In this document: piece after piece, positions 1 to 7,585 of the stretch
Numbering within the stretch: position 1 is the stretch's first letter
Layout: each line of letters begins with the position of its first letter
DNA from: a bacterium
GTDB lineage: Bacteria; Hydrothermota; Tepidihabitantia; Tepidihabitantales; Tepidihabitantaceae
Length of the DNA: 29,026 nt
Direction of reading: 5' to 3'
NCBI GenBank assembly: GCA_046485285.1
Contig: JAWOHE010000041.1
Span: 1 to 29,026 of the forward strand
Position numbers and translations under genes: made by a program
The notes under the pieces: generated by a model
The model's input: only the letters and a program-made list of their open reading frames with translations
Told to the model about the DNA's origin: nothing
Databases searched by the model: none

Positions 1-1
1 C

Positions 2-214
2 AACCTGGAGCGCAGAAACTGCAATCGGGGCGACAAGAGCCCGCGCGAGATACTGGCCGAGGTTGCGCCGGAAGTGGACCGACGTGTTCTCCTGTTGCCC
101 GTCCTGGACCTTGACGAGGTGCTGGCCACGCGAGTATCATTCCTCACGCGTAAGGCTCAACCGAGGGGTCACGATGTGCCATGGACGGCCCGGTCACCGT
201 CATCTGCGGCTTGA
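2..214 (+). CDS. 3' end of a gene entering from the left edge; probable transposase (integrase-core/IS481-like) C-terminus
   Basis: Open frame from base 2 (NLERRNCNRGDKSPREILAEVAPEVDRRVLLLPVLDLDEVL...RGHDVPWT...) to TGA at 212-214. The 'N..R.N...G.KSP.EIL' pattern resembles the tail of rve-type transposases. Lower GC than neighbouring genes. Catalytic domain lies outside the window. Confidence 0.4.
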   Translation, partial: NLERRNCNRGDKSPREILAEVAPEVDRRVLLLPVLDLDEVLATRVSFLTRKAQPRGHDVPWTARSPSSAA

Positions 215-238
215 CTGCCCGCCCCGTCCGGGCATCAT
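211..238 (+). promoter_or_regulatory. sigma70-like promoter, probably leaderless
   Basis: TTGACT-N16-CATCAT, then 5 nt to ATG at 244; no Shine-Dalgarno. Confidence 0.5.
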
Positions 239-243
239 TGGAA

Positions 244-807
244 ATGCGGCCGGCCGTGCGCGACACGCTGCTGTTCGGCGCCTACCTCGCGGCCGGGCTT
301 GTCGCCGCCGCGGTCGCAAGCTGGCTGACCCTCGGCGGCATCGTTCTCCACCGCCCCGCGTTCCTCCTCCGCTACCTCGCGGTCGGCTTCTCGGGCGCGC
401 TCATCTACGTCGCGGTGCAGACCCGCGGGCTCATCCTCGCACTGCTGATGATTCTCACCCTGCTTGCCGGCAACATCCTGCTCTCGAGCTCCTGGACCGG
501 CCACGCGCTGGCCGAGGCCGCGATCTGGTCGGTGCTCGCCGGCGCGGCCTACCTGAGTGGCGCGTTCCTGTTCCGGGCGTTGCGCCGGATGACGGTCGGC
601 AAGTTCGCGCTGATGGGCGCGCTCCTCGCCACCGCCTACGCCGCAGGGTCGCTGGTCGTGCTCGCCCTGCGCGGCCGGCCGCCGCTTTGGGGCGTCATTG
701 CCGGCCCGGCGCTCGCCGGCCTGCGCCTCGGCGCGCTCTCCGGATTCCTCTTCGAGGTGGTCGACTTGATCGGGACCCTCGGCGGGAGAAAAGTCGATGC
801 CGGCTGA
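244..807 (+). CDS. hypothetical integral membrane protein (about 6 TM helices)
   Basis: Hydrophobic ORF with GC3-rich codons; start set at ATG 244 (MRPAVRD) after the promoter; overlaps the start of the next gene. Confidence 0.75.
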   Translation: MRPAVRDTLLFGAYLAAGLVAAAVASWLTLGGIVLHRPAFLLRYLAVGFSGALIYVAVQTRGLILALLMILTLLAGNILLSSSWTGHALAEAAIWSVLAGAAYLSGAFLFRALRRMTVGKFALMGALLATAYAAGSLVVLALRGRPPLWGVIAGPALAGLRLGALSGFLFEVVDLIGTLGGRKVDAG

Positions 808-1390
808 GCGACTCGCCCGGGTTCTCGACTGGCACCTCGCGCGTTACCCGCTCATCCGGGCGGTTGACGTCTACAAGTTGATCCACCAGTCGGTCTTCGG
901 GCCTGGCCACATCATCGCCGATGCGGGCCAGGCCCGCCGGTCGCTCGATGCGGAGTTCGCCGCCCTGCGCCGGCGCTGCTGCCTCACGGCGGTCGAGCCG
1001 GTCGAACCGCTCGACGCTGCCGGCCGGCTGGTCCGGGCAAATCTCGAGCCGCTGCGCGAGGTCGTCGACGCGGCCGACCGGCTGATGCCGGTCCTGCTCG
1101 CGACCGTGGCCGAGATCACCGGCGACGCGGAGACGATGGCCGCCCGCCTCGCCGCGGCGCTGGCCTGGTGCCGCGGAAAGCTGGCCGGGGAGGTCGAGGC
1201 GCTGGCCGGGCTCGCCACTGCGGCGGCACTCGAGGGCTGGCCGGCCCGGCACCACTCCGATGTCTACGTGACCGCCTACCGACCGGCCTACCGGGTCGTC
1301 AGCGCGACGGGGTGGCGCGCGTCCGGTCTTGCCGCCGGCCCCCGGCCGGGGTCGTGCGCCGAACCCCCACCTGCCGGCACCAGCGGCTGA
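797..1390 (+). CDS. conserved hypothetical protein
   Basis: Conserved-looking motifs HLARYP..AVDVYKLIHQ..FGPGH, RANL and HHS..Y...Y.PAYRVV; translationally coupled to the upstream gene. Confidence 0.7.
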   Translation: MPAERLARVLDWHLARYPLIRAVDVYKLIHQSVFGPGHIIADAGQARRSLDAEFAALRRRCCLTAVEPVEPLDAAGRLVRANLEPLREVVDAADRLMPVLLATVAEITGDAETMAARLAAALAWCRGKLAGEVEALAGLATAAALEGWPARHHSDVYVTAYRPAYRVVSATGWRASGLAAGPRPGSCAEPPPAGTSG

Positions 1391-2006
1391 CGCCGCACTC
1401 GTCGCACCTCGGCCGCACCGGCCGGCAGACCGTCTGGCCGTGGGCGACGAGCAGTTCGTTCCAGCCCCGCCAGTACTCCCGGGGCAGGACCGCGGCGAGC
1501 CGCCGCTCGGTTGCCGCCGGGCTGTCGGTCCGGACCAGCCCGAGCCGGTTCGATATCCGGTGGACGTGGGTGTCGACCGCGATCGCCGCCTGCCCGAACG
1601 CCTTCGCGAGCACGATGTTGGCGACCTTGCGACCGACCCCGGGCAGTTCGAGCAGTCCCTCGATGGTGTCGGGCACGCCGCCGCGCTCGACGAGCACGCG
1701 GGCGAGGTCCGCGAGCATCCGGGCCTTGGTACGGTAGAAACCGACCGGGTAGATGATCCGCTCGCAGCGTCGGTGGGTCAGCCGGGCCAGCGCGACCGGG
1801 TCCGGCGCGATCGCGAGGAGCCGGGCCGCGGCGGCGGCGGTCACCGGGTCCTGGGTGCGGGTCGAGAGCACGGTCGCGACGAGGATCCGGAACGCGCCCC
1901 GACCCGGCATCCGCTTGACCGGCGCGTCCGAGCGGCCATAGCCGGCGCGCAGGGCGCGGACGATTCGCGCGAGGTCCCGGCGCGGGTCGGTCCCTTGCGT
2001 CGCCAC
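1299..2006 (-). CDS. nth: endonuclease III (HhH-GPD DNA glycosylase/AP lyase)
   Basis: LVATVLSTRT.D, GFYRTKA, HhH motif LPGVGRKVAN, AVDTHVHRISNRLG, [4Fe-4S] motif C-X6-C-X2-C-X5-C (CRPVRPRCDECGVSRWC). Confidence 0.95.
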   Translation of the reverse strand: MATQGTDPRRDLARIVRALRAGYGRSDAPVKRMPGRGAFRILVATVLSTRTQDPVTAAAAARLLAIAPDPVALARLTHRRCERIIYPVGFYRTKARMLADLARVLVERGGVPDTIEGLLELPGVGRKVANIVLAKAFGQAAIAVDTHVHRISNRLGLVRTDSPAATERRLAAVLPREYWRGWNELLVAHGQTVCRPVRPRCDECGVSRWCRQVGVRRTTPAGGRRQDRTRATPSR

Positions 2007-2011
2007 CCGGC

Positions 2012-2425
2012 CTAGAGCCCGAACGCCTTGAGCAGGCCGGTGAAGCCCATCGACAGGATCAGCACCGACGGGATGATCAGGAACCAGTGGTGGAGCTTCA
2101 TCAGGCCCGACACCGTGCCCGGCCGGGGCGGGCGGGTGTAGGTGACGACCGCGGCGACCAGCGCGAACGCGATAACGACGATTGCCAGCGGCAGGTGCGC
2201 GGTCAGCCGGACGTCGAGCCCGCGGCCGCGCATCAGCGCGTTCGCGGCAAAGCCGACGATGAGGTTGGCGATGCAGAGCAGGAAGAAGATAATGCTCCGG
2301 GTGCGCTGGCGGCGGAGCGGGAAATCCCAGTCCAGCACCTTGGACATGCTGACCTGGGCCGCCCGCACGCCGTAGACGAGCGTCCCGACCGCCAGGACCG
2401 GGTGGATGAATCCGTACCAGGGCAT
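2012..2425 (-). CDS. 4-TM membrane protein (DUF4079-like)
   Basis: Four hydrophobic segments with His residues (FIHP, TAHLP, KLHHW); 5 nt upstream of nth. Confidence 0.7.
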   Translation of the reverse strand: MPWYGFIHPVLAVGTLVYGVRAAQVSMSKVLDWDFPLRRQRTRSIIFFLLCIANLIVGFAANALMRGRGLDVRLTAHLPLAIVVIAFALVAAVVTYTRPPRPGTVSGLMKLHHWFLIIPSVLILSMGFTGLLKAFGL

Positions 2426-2435
2426 CGGCCGGCTC

Positions 2436-2726
2436 CTAATGCAGGTCGAGCGCCTTGACCCCGTCCTCGTCGAGCTCGGGAATCCAGTTCATCACTTCCC
2501 AGCCGCGGACGAAGCCATCCTTGCTCCGGGCCAGCTCCCGCCACTCGCCATCCTGCTTCCTGAGCAGGACCGCCGGCTCCTCGCTCTCCTCCGGGTAGCG
2601 GACGAGCGCGTAACTGCGCCAGCCCAGGTACTGGCCGGCACCGGGGTAGTCCTGCTTGACCGCCGCCAGCGGGTCGCGCGGTCCGCACGCCGCGAGCAGG
2701 AGCGCGAGCAACGCCGCCTGTCGCAT
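2436..2726 (-). CDS. small lipoprotein, hypothetical
   Basis: ATG at 2726 overlaps the upstream TGA (TGATG); MRQAALLALLLAAC lipobox; 96 aa. Confidence 0.75.
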   Translation of the reverse strand: MRQAALLALLLAACGPRDPLAAVKQDYPGAGQYLGWRSYALVRYPEESEEPAVLLRKQDGEWRELARSKDGFVRGWEVMNWIPELDEDGVKALDLH

Positions 2727-3538
2727 CAGTCGGTCAGGAAACCGACCCGGCACCGGGCCAGGTTCCCGAGGCTGAGCTTGGTACCGTGGATCCGCGCCGC
2801 GTCCCGGGCCGAGACCACCGCCTCGCACCGGTTCCGGCCCTCGACCCCGACCGCGCGGACGACCAGCGGGTTCGAGCCGACCCGGGCGGCCTGGAGCGCG
2901 CCGTTCCGGTTTCGGTAGTAGCCGGCCAGGCCCTCGGCGACGACCGCGTCCTCCTCGGCGAACGCCGGGCCGAACACCTCGACCCCTTCTTCGGTCACCA
3001 CCCGGGGAAACAGCGCCGGGCTGAACTCGAGGCCGCGGACGTCAACCAGCACGCCGGTGTGGGCCGGCTCGTCGCCGGTCTCGAACGGCACCAACTCGAG
3101 GTCGGCCGGCACCTCCCGCTCCGCCGGCCACTCCCGCCCGCAGCAGGGACAGGCGACCCGGCCGAGCAGCCGTCTCGGTCCCGGCGTCGGCAGCAGCAGC
3201 TCCATCACCGCGCCGGTCAGCGGGAAGACGTAGTCAGCCTCGGAGCTGCCGTCGGACGTGAACCGGACGTCGCCGCGCCGGTACTCAAGCGTCATCCGGT
3301 CGAGCCGGCGGGCGGCCTTGTCGTGGGAGGACAGGAAGTCGCCGACCGTGTAGTCACGGTCGAAGGCCGCCGCGCGCAGGAGCGCCCGGGCCCGGACCAG
3401 CAACTGGGCGTTCGCCTCACTGCCGAACGCCTTCGCCCCGGGCAAGGTCACGGCGGCGGTCAGGTTGCCATAGTCGAGGGTGTCGGCGCCGGCGGTCCCG
3501 GCCGCCAGCACCGCGAGCAGTACCAGCAAAGTTCTCAC
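2726..3538 (-). CDS. exported protein with LPP20-lipoprotein-like C-terminal domain
   Basis: GGAGG RBS and GTG start; signal peptide; TGVLVDVRGL..PALFPRVV..G.EVFGP...RVGSNPLVVRA...DA..I pattern. Confidence 0.7.
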   Translation of the reverse strand: MRTLLVLLAVLAAGTAGADTLDYGNLTAAVTLPGAKAFGSEANAQLLVRARALLRAAAFDRDYTVGDFLSSHDKAARRLDRMTLEYRRGDVRFTSDGSSEADYVFPLTGAVMELLLPTPGPRRLLGRVACPCCGREWPAEREVPADLELVPFETGDEPAHTGVLVDVRGLEFSPALFPRVVTEEGVEVFGPAFAEEDAVVAEGLAGYYRNRNGALQAARVGSNPLVVRAVGVEGRNRCEAVVSARDAARIHGTKLSLGNLARCRVGFLTD

Positions 3539-3656
3539 AATACCTCCGGTTCGGACCGCGGCTGGGGGCCGCGGGCCCGTGGGGACCTTTTCCGTTCCGC
3601 CGGCGCGCGGTCGCGCCGGTTCGTGCCGGATCCGGACTTCACGCCCGGCACGACAA

Positions 3657-3727
3657 AGCGGCCAACGGGAATCGAACCCGTGTAACTGGCTTGGGAAGCC
3701 AGGGCTCTACCTCTGAGCTATGGCCGC
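3657..3727 (-). tRNA. tRNA-Gly (anticodon CCC), CCA not encoded
   Basis: GCGGCCA TA GCTC AGAGGTA GAGC C CTGGC TTCCCAA GCCAG TTAC ACGGG TTCGATT CCCGT TGGCCGC T folds into a full cloverleaf. Confidence 0.96.
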
Positions 3728-3860
3728 AAATCTCTCACCCACTCGTATCACCGCCACCATCGGCTGCCACCCGCTTCCCAAGTACCCGCCAGGGTCTGGG
3801 AAGCCAGGGCTCTACCTCAGAGCTATGGCCGCAAATCTCTCACCCACTCGTGTCACCGCC
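3692..3860. repeat. 64 bp direct repeat (3692-3755 and 3797-3860, 62/64 identical) covering the tRNA-Gly 5' half and its leader
   Basis: Direct comparison; offset 105 bp; mismatches at 3714/3819 and 3747/3852. Confidence 0.95.
3797..3832 (-). pseudogene. truncated tRNA-Gly 5' half (G1 to A37)
   Basis: GCGGCCATAGCTCTGAGGTAGAGCCCTGGCTTCCCA; conserved A14 changed to T; no T-arm or 3' acceptor strand follows. Confidence 0.85.
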
Positions 3861-3886
3861 GTTGGCACATCCTCCTGCACCCTCAA

Positions 3887-3914
3887 ATACTAAGTCCGGC
3901 CCGCCCCCTGTCAA
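3887..3914 (-). promoter_or_regulatory. sigma70-like promoter for tRNA-Gly
   Basis: TTGACA-N16-TAGTAT on the minus strand. Confidence 0.7.
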
Positions 3915-3989
3915 GAAACGCCCGTGACGGCAAGTGACTGTTTCTTCGTGCCTTACAGCCGCAGAAGGACCCGGTTCGGGCCGCCGGGC

Positions 3990-4916
3990 TCAGGCCCGCT
4001 CGTAGAACACCTTGCCCCAGAACTCAACCCGGCGTATCTTGCGCCCCCGCGCGAGCCCGCGCAGCACGCCGGCGAGCCGGTCCGGCCCGATGCCCAGCGA
4101 CCGGGTGATGTCCGCTGCCGTGACCGGCCGGCGGCGCACCAGTTCCAGCACCGCGGTCTCGGCGTCGCCCCGGAACCGGCCCTGCCGCCGGCCCAGCGGC
4201 GAATCGGCCACCTCGCAGCGCGAGCCGAAGAGCCTCTGGATTTGGGTCAGGTCGTCGTCGCTCAGCGGTCGGGCCCGGCGCTCGGCCGGCGGCCGGACGA
4301 CGGTGTTCAGGTGCACCCGGTCCGGCCTGATGTCCTCGGCCAGCCGGCGCAGGCGGACGAGATGCTCGGGCGAGTCGTTCACTCCCCGGACCAGCATTAT
4401 CTCCAGCCAGAGCTGGCCCCGATAGTACCGCCGGAACGTCACCAGCCCCCGGATGATGTCCGCGAGGCGCAGGTCGCGGTGATGCCGGTTGACCCGGGCG
4501 AAGGTCCGCTCGTCGGCCGCGTCGAGCGAGGGGACGACGAGGTCCGCCGCGTAGAGCGCGCGCCGCACCGCCGGGTCGGGGAGCAGGGTCCCGTTGGTCA
4601 GCACCGCGACCGGGATCGTGAACTCGCGCTTGAACAGCCGGATCAGCCGGCCGATGTCGCGATTGAGCGTCGGCTCGCCTTCGCCCGAGAAGGTGATGAA
4701 CTCGACCCGCCGGCCGGCGACCGCCGCGCGGACCTGGGCCAGCACCTCCGCGACCGGGTAGAACCGCTCCCGCGCCAGCGTCTTCCGGGTCGTCCGGCCG
4801 CACTGGCAGTAGATGCAGTCGATCGTGCAGGTCTTCCGCGGCACGACCGACACGCCCAGCGACAGCCCGAGCCGGCGCGACGGCACCGGCCCGTAGACGA
4901 AGCTCCGGCTTATCAC
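3990..4916 (-). CDS. radical SAM protein (TYW1-like/COG0731-type)
   Basis: VYGPVPSRRLGLSLG, CxxxCxxC (CTIDCIYC), ITFSGEGEPTL, VLTNGTL, PSLDA, NTVVRPP; GTG start overlaps the upstream TGA (GTGA). Confidence 0.9.
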   Translation of the reverse strand: MISRSFVYGPVPSRRLGLSLGVSVVPRKTCTIDCIYCQCGRTTRKTLARERFYPVAEVLAQVRAAVAGRRVEFITFSGEGEPTLNRDIGRLIRLFKREFTIPVAVLTNGTLLPDPAVRRALYAADLVVPSLDAADERTFARVNRHHRDLRLADIIRGLVTFRRYYRGQLWLEIMLVRGVNDSPEHLVRLRRLAEDIRPDRVHLNTVVRPPAERRARPLSDDDLTQIQRLFGSRCEVADSPLGRRQGRFRGDAETAVLELVRRRPVTAADITRSLGIGPDRLAGVLRGLARGRKIRRVEFWGKVFYERA

Positions 4917-6337
4917 TCGCCCGGCTCCCGCGCGCCGGCCAGCCCGGGCAGGTTGGTCCGGAGGTAGGCGAGCGCGCTCTCCCGGTCCGCCAGCGTCCCG
5001 TCGAGCTGGAGCTCCTCGAGCTCGCCGAGGATGACCTTGAACGCCGGGCCGGGCTCGAGCCCCATCGCGATGAGGTCGTCGCCGGTGACGAACCGCTCGA
5101 CCCGCACCCGGGCGTCCTCGGCCCGCTTCTGCTCGATCATCCGGGTGATCGTGTCCTCGAGGTGGTAGGTCCGGCCCGCGGTCGCCCAGCCGTCGGCGAA
5201 GCAGAGCATCATCAGCCCGAACGCCTCCTCGCCGAGGTCGCGGAAGAACCGCCGGATCGCCCGCTCGCTCAGGTCCGGGGTCGTCGCGAGCAGGTGCAGG
5301 CGCATGTGCTCCTGGACCAACATCTTCAGCATCTTCACCCGCGCCCGTGACAGCTTCAGCCGGTCGCGCGCCATCCGCGCCACCGCCCGGGCGCCGAGGC
5401 TGTCGTGGCCGTAGAAGTGGACCTCGCCGCTGTCGCTCGTGAACCGGGTCTCGGGCTTGGCGATGTCGTGGAGCAGGCCGGCCAGCTTGAGCATCGCCCG
5501 CCGGTAGGGCAGGCCCGGCTCCTCCTCGGTCTCGGCGCCCCAGCGGTCGAAATAGCGGCGCCACTCCGGCTCGAACCGGTCGAAGAACGAGCCGCCGCCG
5601 ACCGTCTCCTCGACCTTGGCGTAGGTCCGGAACGAGTGCCGCCGGAGCTGTTCGTCGGCGAGCACCGGCCTGAGCACGGGCAGGATCTCGCCCAGCCGGC
5701 CGAGCTCGAACAACCTCGTCAGCGCCGACGTCGAGTCCGGCCGCTCGGCGATCCGCAGGAGCTCGGCCGCGACGCGCTCGCCCGCGGTCCGTTCGAGCGA
5801 CACCGCCCGGCCCTGCTCGTAGACCGCGTCGTCGACCGCGAGGCCGAGCTCGAGCCCGAGCCGCAGCGCCCGCATCAGCCGCAGCGGGTCCGACGCCAGC
5901 GCGCCCGCCGACACCGGCCGCAGGACCCCGGCCGCGAGGTCGCGCCGGCCGTCGAATGGGTCGAGCAGAACGCCCGGCCCGGTTGGCGTCACCTCGCAGG
6001 CCATCGCGTTGACCGTGAAGTCCCGGCGCGCGAGGTCGGCCTCGATGCCGGCCGCGAACCCGTTGAAGTCGAACACCCGGCCCCGGCTGACGACCCGCGC
6101 CTCGTCGTCCTCCGCCGAGAGCACGACCAGCTTCCCGCGCACCCGGCGCGCGAACGCCTCGGCGAACTCGACGCCCGGGCCCGAGACCGCGAAGTCGAGG
6201 TCGTCCGACTCCCGGCCGAGCAGGATGTCGCGGAGCGCGCCGCCGACGACATAGACCTGCCGCCCGCCGCGCAATTCGAGCAGGCGGTCCCAGGCGCGGC
6301 CGAGCCGGCGCCGGACCGCGGGGGCGGAGAATTCCAT
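4913..6337 (-). CDS. class II tRNA nucleotidyltransferase with HD domain (probably CC-adding)
   Basis: VGGALRD..LG....DLDFAV, DLARRDFTVNAMA, DPFDGRRDL, DPLRLMRA, LLHDIAKP, HFYGH; start at ATG 6337 (MEFSAP). Confidence 0.9.
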   Translation of the reverse strand: MEFSAPAVRRRLGRAWDRLLELRGGRQVYVVGGALRDILLGRESDDLDFAVSGPGVEFAEAFARRVRGKLVVLSAEDDEARVVSRGRVFDFNGFAAGIEADLARRDFTVNAMACEVTPTGPGVLLDPFDGRRDLAAGVLRPVSAGALASDPLRLMRALRLGLELGLAVDDAVYEQGRAVSLERTAGERVAAELLRIAERPDSTSALTRLFELGRLGEILPVLRPVLADEQLRRHSFRTYAKVEETVGGGSFFDRFEPEWRRYFDRWGAETEEEPGLPYRRAMLKLAGLLHDIAKPETRFTSDSGEVHFYGHDSLGARAVARMARDRLKLSRARVKMLKMLVQEHMRLHLLATTPDLSERAIRRFFRDLGEEAFGLMMLCFADGWATAGRTYHLEDTITRMIEQKRAEDARVRVERFVTGDDLIAMGLEPGPAFKVILGELEELQLDGTLADRESALAYLRTNLPGLAGAREPGE

Positions 6338-6346
6338 CAGCCCGAG

Positions 6347-6375
6347 AGCATATCCCGCCCGCGCCCGGTGGTCAA
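6347..6375 (-). promoter_or_regulatory. sigma70-like promoter, near-leaderless
   Basis: TTGACC-N17-TATGCT, 9 nt before ATG 6337; no SD. Confidence 0.55.
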
Positions 6376-6515
6376 CGCGCGCCCGCCGCCGCCCGCGCCG
6401 ACCCCCTCCCCGCCGCCCGGCGAGCGACCGCTCGCCGGCGCGCGCCCCGCGCGCGCCCCGGTCCGGCAGCGCCACTATCGGCGCGGCCCGGCGCGCCTCG
6501 CTGACACACCATCGC

Positions 6516-6543
6516 TTGACGTCGTTCTTTTCAGAACCATCTT
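6516..6543 (+). promoter_or_regulatory. sigma70-like promoter
   Basis: TTGACG-N16-CATCTT upstream of the glutaredoxin-like gene. Confidence 0.45.
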
Positions 6544-6596
6544 GATTCCGGGGCGAGGGCCGCTAGTCTGACAGCGTGCTCTCAAGAACGGGCGAG

Positions 6597-6902
6597 ATGA
6601 TTTTTCAGTTATTTGCCAAAGAGAACTGTCCGACCTGCCAGAAGGCGCAGGCGGTCCTGCGCCGGCTCGGCGTGACTCCACAGGTCCGCTACGTCGACGG
6701 CCCGCAGGCAACGCCCGACAACGTCGCCGAGTTCGCCTGGCACGACTGGGTCGACAAGATGCCGCTCGTCATCGTCACCGACGACGCGGCCGGCGACGTC
6801 GTCCAGCGCTGGGACGGCAACAGCGTGGCCGGCCGCTGGTTTCCGGTCGTCCAGGAATGGCTGGCCGGCCACCCCGCTACGGCCGGCGCCGAATCATCCT
6901 GA
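6597..6902 (+). CDS. glutaredoxin/thioredoxin-fold protein
   Basis: LFAKENCPTCQKAQ (CxxC after the first beta strand), cis-Pro-like motif KMPLVIV; ATG 6597 (alternative GTG 6576). Confidence 0.8.
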   Translation: MIFQLFAKENCPTCQKAQAVLRRLGVTPQVRYVDGPQATPDNVAEFAWHDWVDKMPLVIVTDDAAGDVVQRWDGNSVAGRWFPVVQEWLAGHPATAGAESS

Positions 6903-6938
6903 CCGCGGCCCGGTCTAACCGACCAAAGGAGAATCGCG

Positions 6939-7100
6939 ATGGCTGAAGAGAAACTTGATCCGGTCTGCGGGATGACGGTGACCGAGGAAAACGCGGCCTG
7001 TAGCTATGAATTCAACGGCAAGAAGTACTACTTCTGCGCCGACGCCTGCCGGGACACCTTCGCCGAGAACCCGGACCGCTACGTCCGCAACCGCAGCTAG
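6939..7100 (+). CDS. YHS domain protein (53 aa, absent from the ORF track)
   Basis: AAGGAG RBS; MAEEKLDPVCGMTVTEENAACSYEFNGKKYYFCADACRDTFAENPDRYVRNRS with DPVCGM and YYFC...C...F..NP..Y motifs. Confidence 0.92.
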   Translation: MAEEKLDPVCGMTVTEENAACSYEFNGKKYYFCADACRDTFAENPDRYVRNRS

Positions 7101-7116
7101 CCCGGCCCGAGAATGA

Positions 7117-7147
7117 GAACGGCCGGCTCGTGCCGGCCGTTCCCTTT
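7117..7147. terminator. hairpin between convergent genes, likely a terminator
   Basis: GAACGGCCGGC-TCGT-GCCGGCCGTTC (11 bp stem) followed by CCTTT; weak U-tract. Confidence 0.6.
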
Positions 7148-7156
7148 CCGCCGAAC

Positions 7157-7555
7157 CTAGGAACCGATCCCGAACTGCTCGAGCAGTTGCGGCAGCATCA
7201 TCCCGGTCGACACGCCGACGACGATCGCGACTATCGTCGCGATGATCGAAAGTGCCAGCGTGATTATCGCCAGGATGCCGGCGATCGTCACCAGCGCCTT
7301 GATCCTGCCGGTGTACTCGGCGAGCGACTGCGCGTCGCCCCGCTCGGCGAACTGCTGGGCCCGGCCGCCGGCCTGCACCATCAGCACGCCGATCCATATC
7401 GGCATCCACGCGAAGACGATGCCGACCAGCGTCAGCGCGTAGAGCCCGCCGACGACGATGCTCAGGATGCCTAGGAACTTCAACCATCCCTTCGCGCCCC
7501 GGGCGTTCGCCTGCGCCGCCTGCATCACCTGTCCGTCACCGGTCACTGCTTCCAC
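7157..7555 (-). CDS. DUF5362-family membrane protein
   Basis: AGGAGG RBS and GTG start; GWLKFLGILSIVVG...GIVFAWMPIWIGVL..QA pattern; 3 TM. Confidence 0.8.
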   Translation of the reverse strand: MEAVTGDGQVMQAAQANARGAKGWLKFLGILSIVVGGLYALTLVGIVFAWMPIWIGVLMVQAGGRAQQFAERGDAQSLAEYTGRIKALVTIAGILAIITLALSIIATIVAIVVGVSTGMMLPQLLEQFGIGS

Positions 7556-7585
7556 TCTTCCTCCTGTCTGTCCCGCACCGGTCGG

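Noticed and set aside
3600..3653. Two hairpins downstream of tRNA-Gly as an intrinsic terminator
   Set aside because: No U-tract follows on the transcribed (minus) strand; function cannot be assigned.
3657..3860. Intact integrative element at the tRNA
   Set aside because: Only 41 bp separate the repeats, there is no integrase, and I found no distant att copy in the window.
4917..5564. N-terminal extensions in the ORF track (radical SAM to 5564, Mo enzyme to 20802, hydrolase to 28722, DUF4139 to 16307)
   Set aside because: They overlap adjacent real genes; coupled starts, RBSs or promoters support the shorter starts.
6380..6500. GC-only hairpins as an ncRNA
   Set aside because: Short palindromes are expected at this GC content, and there is no family signature.
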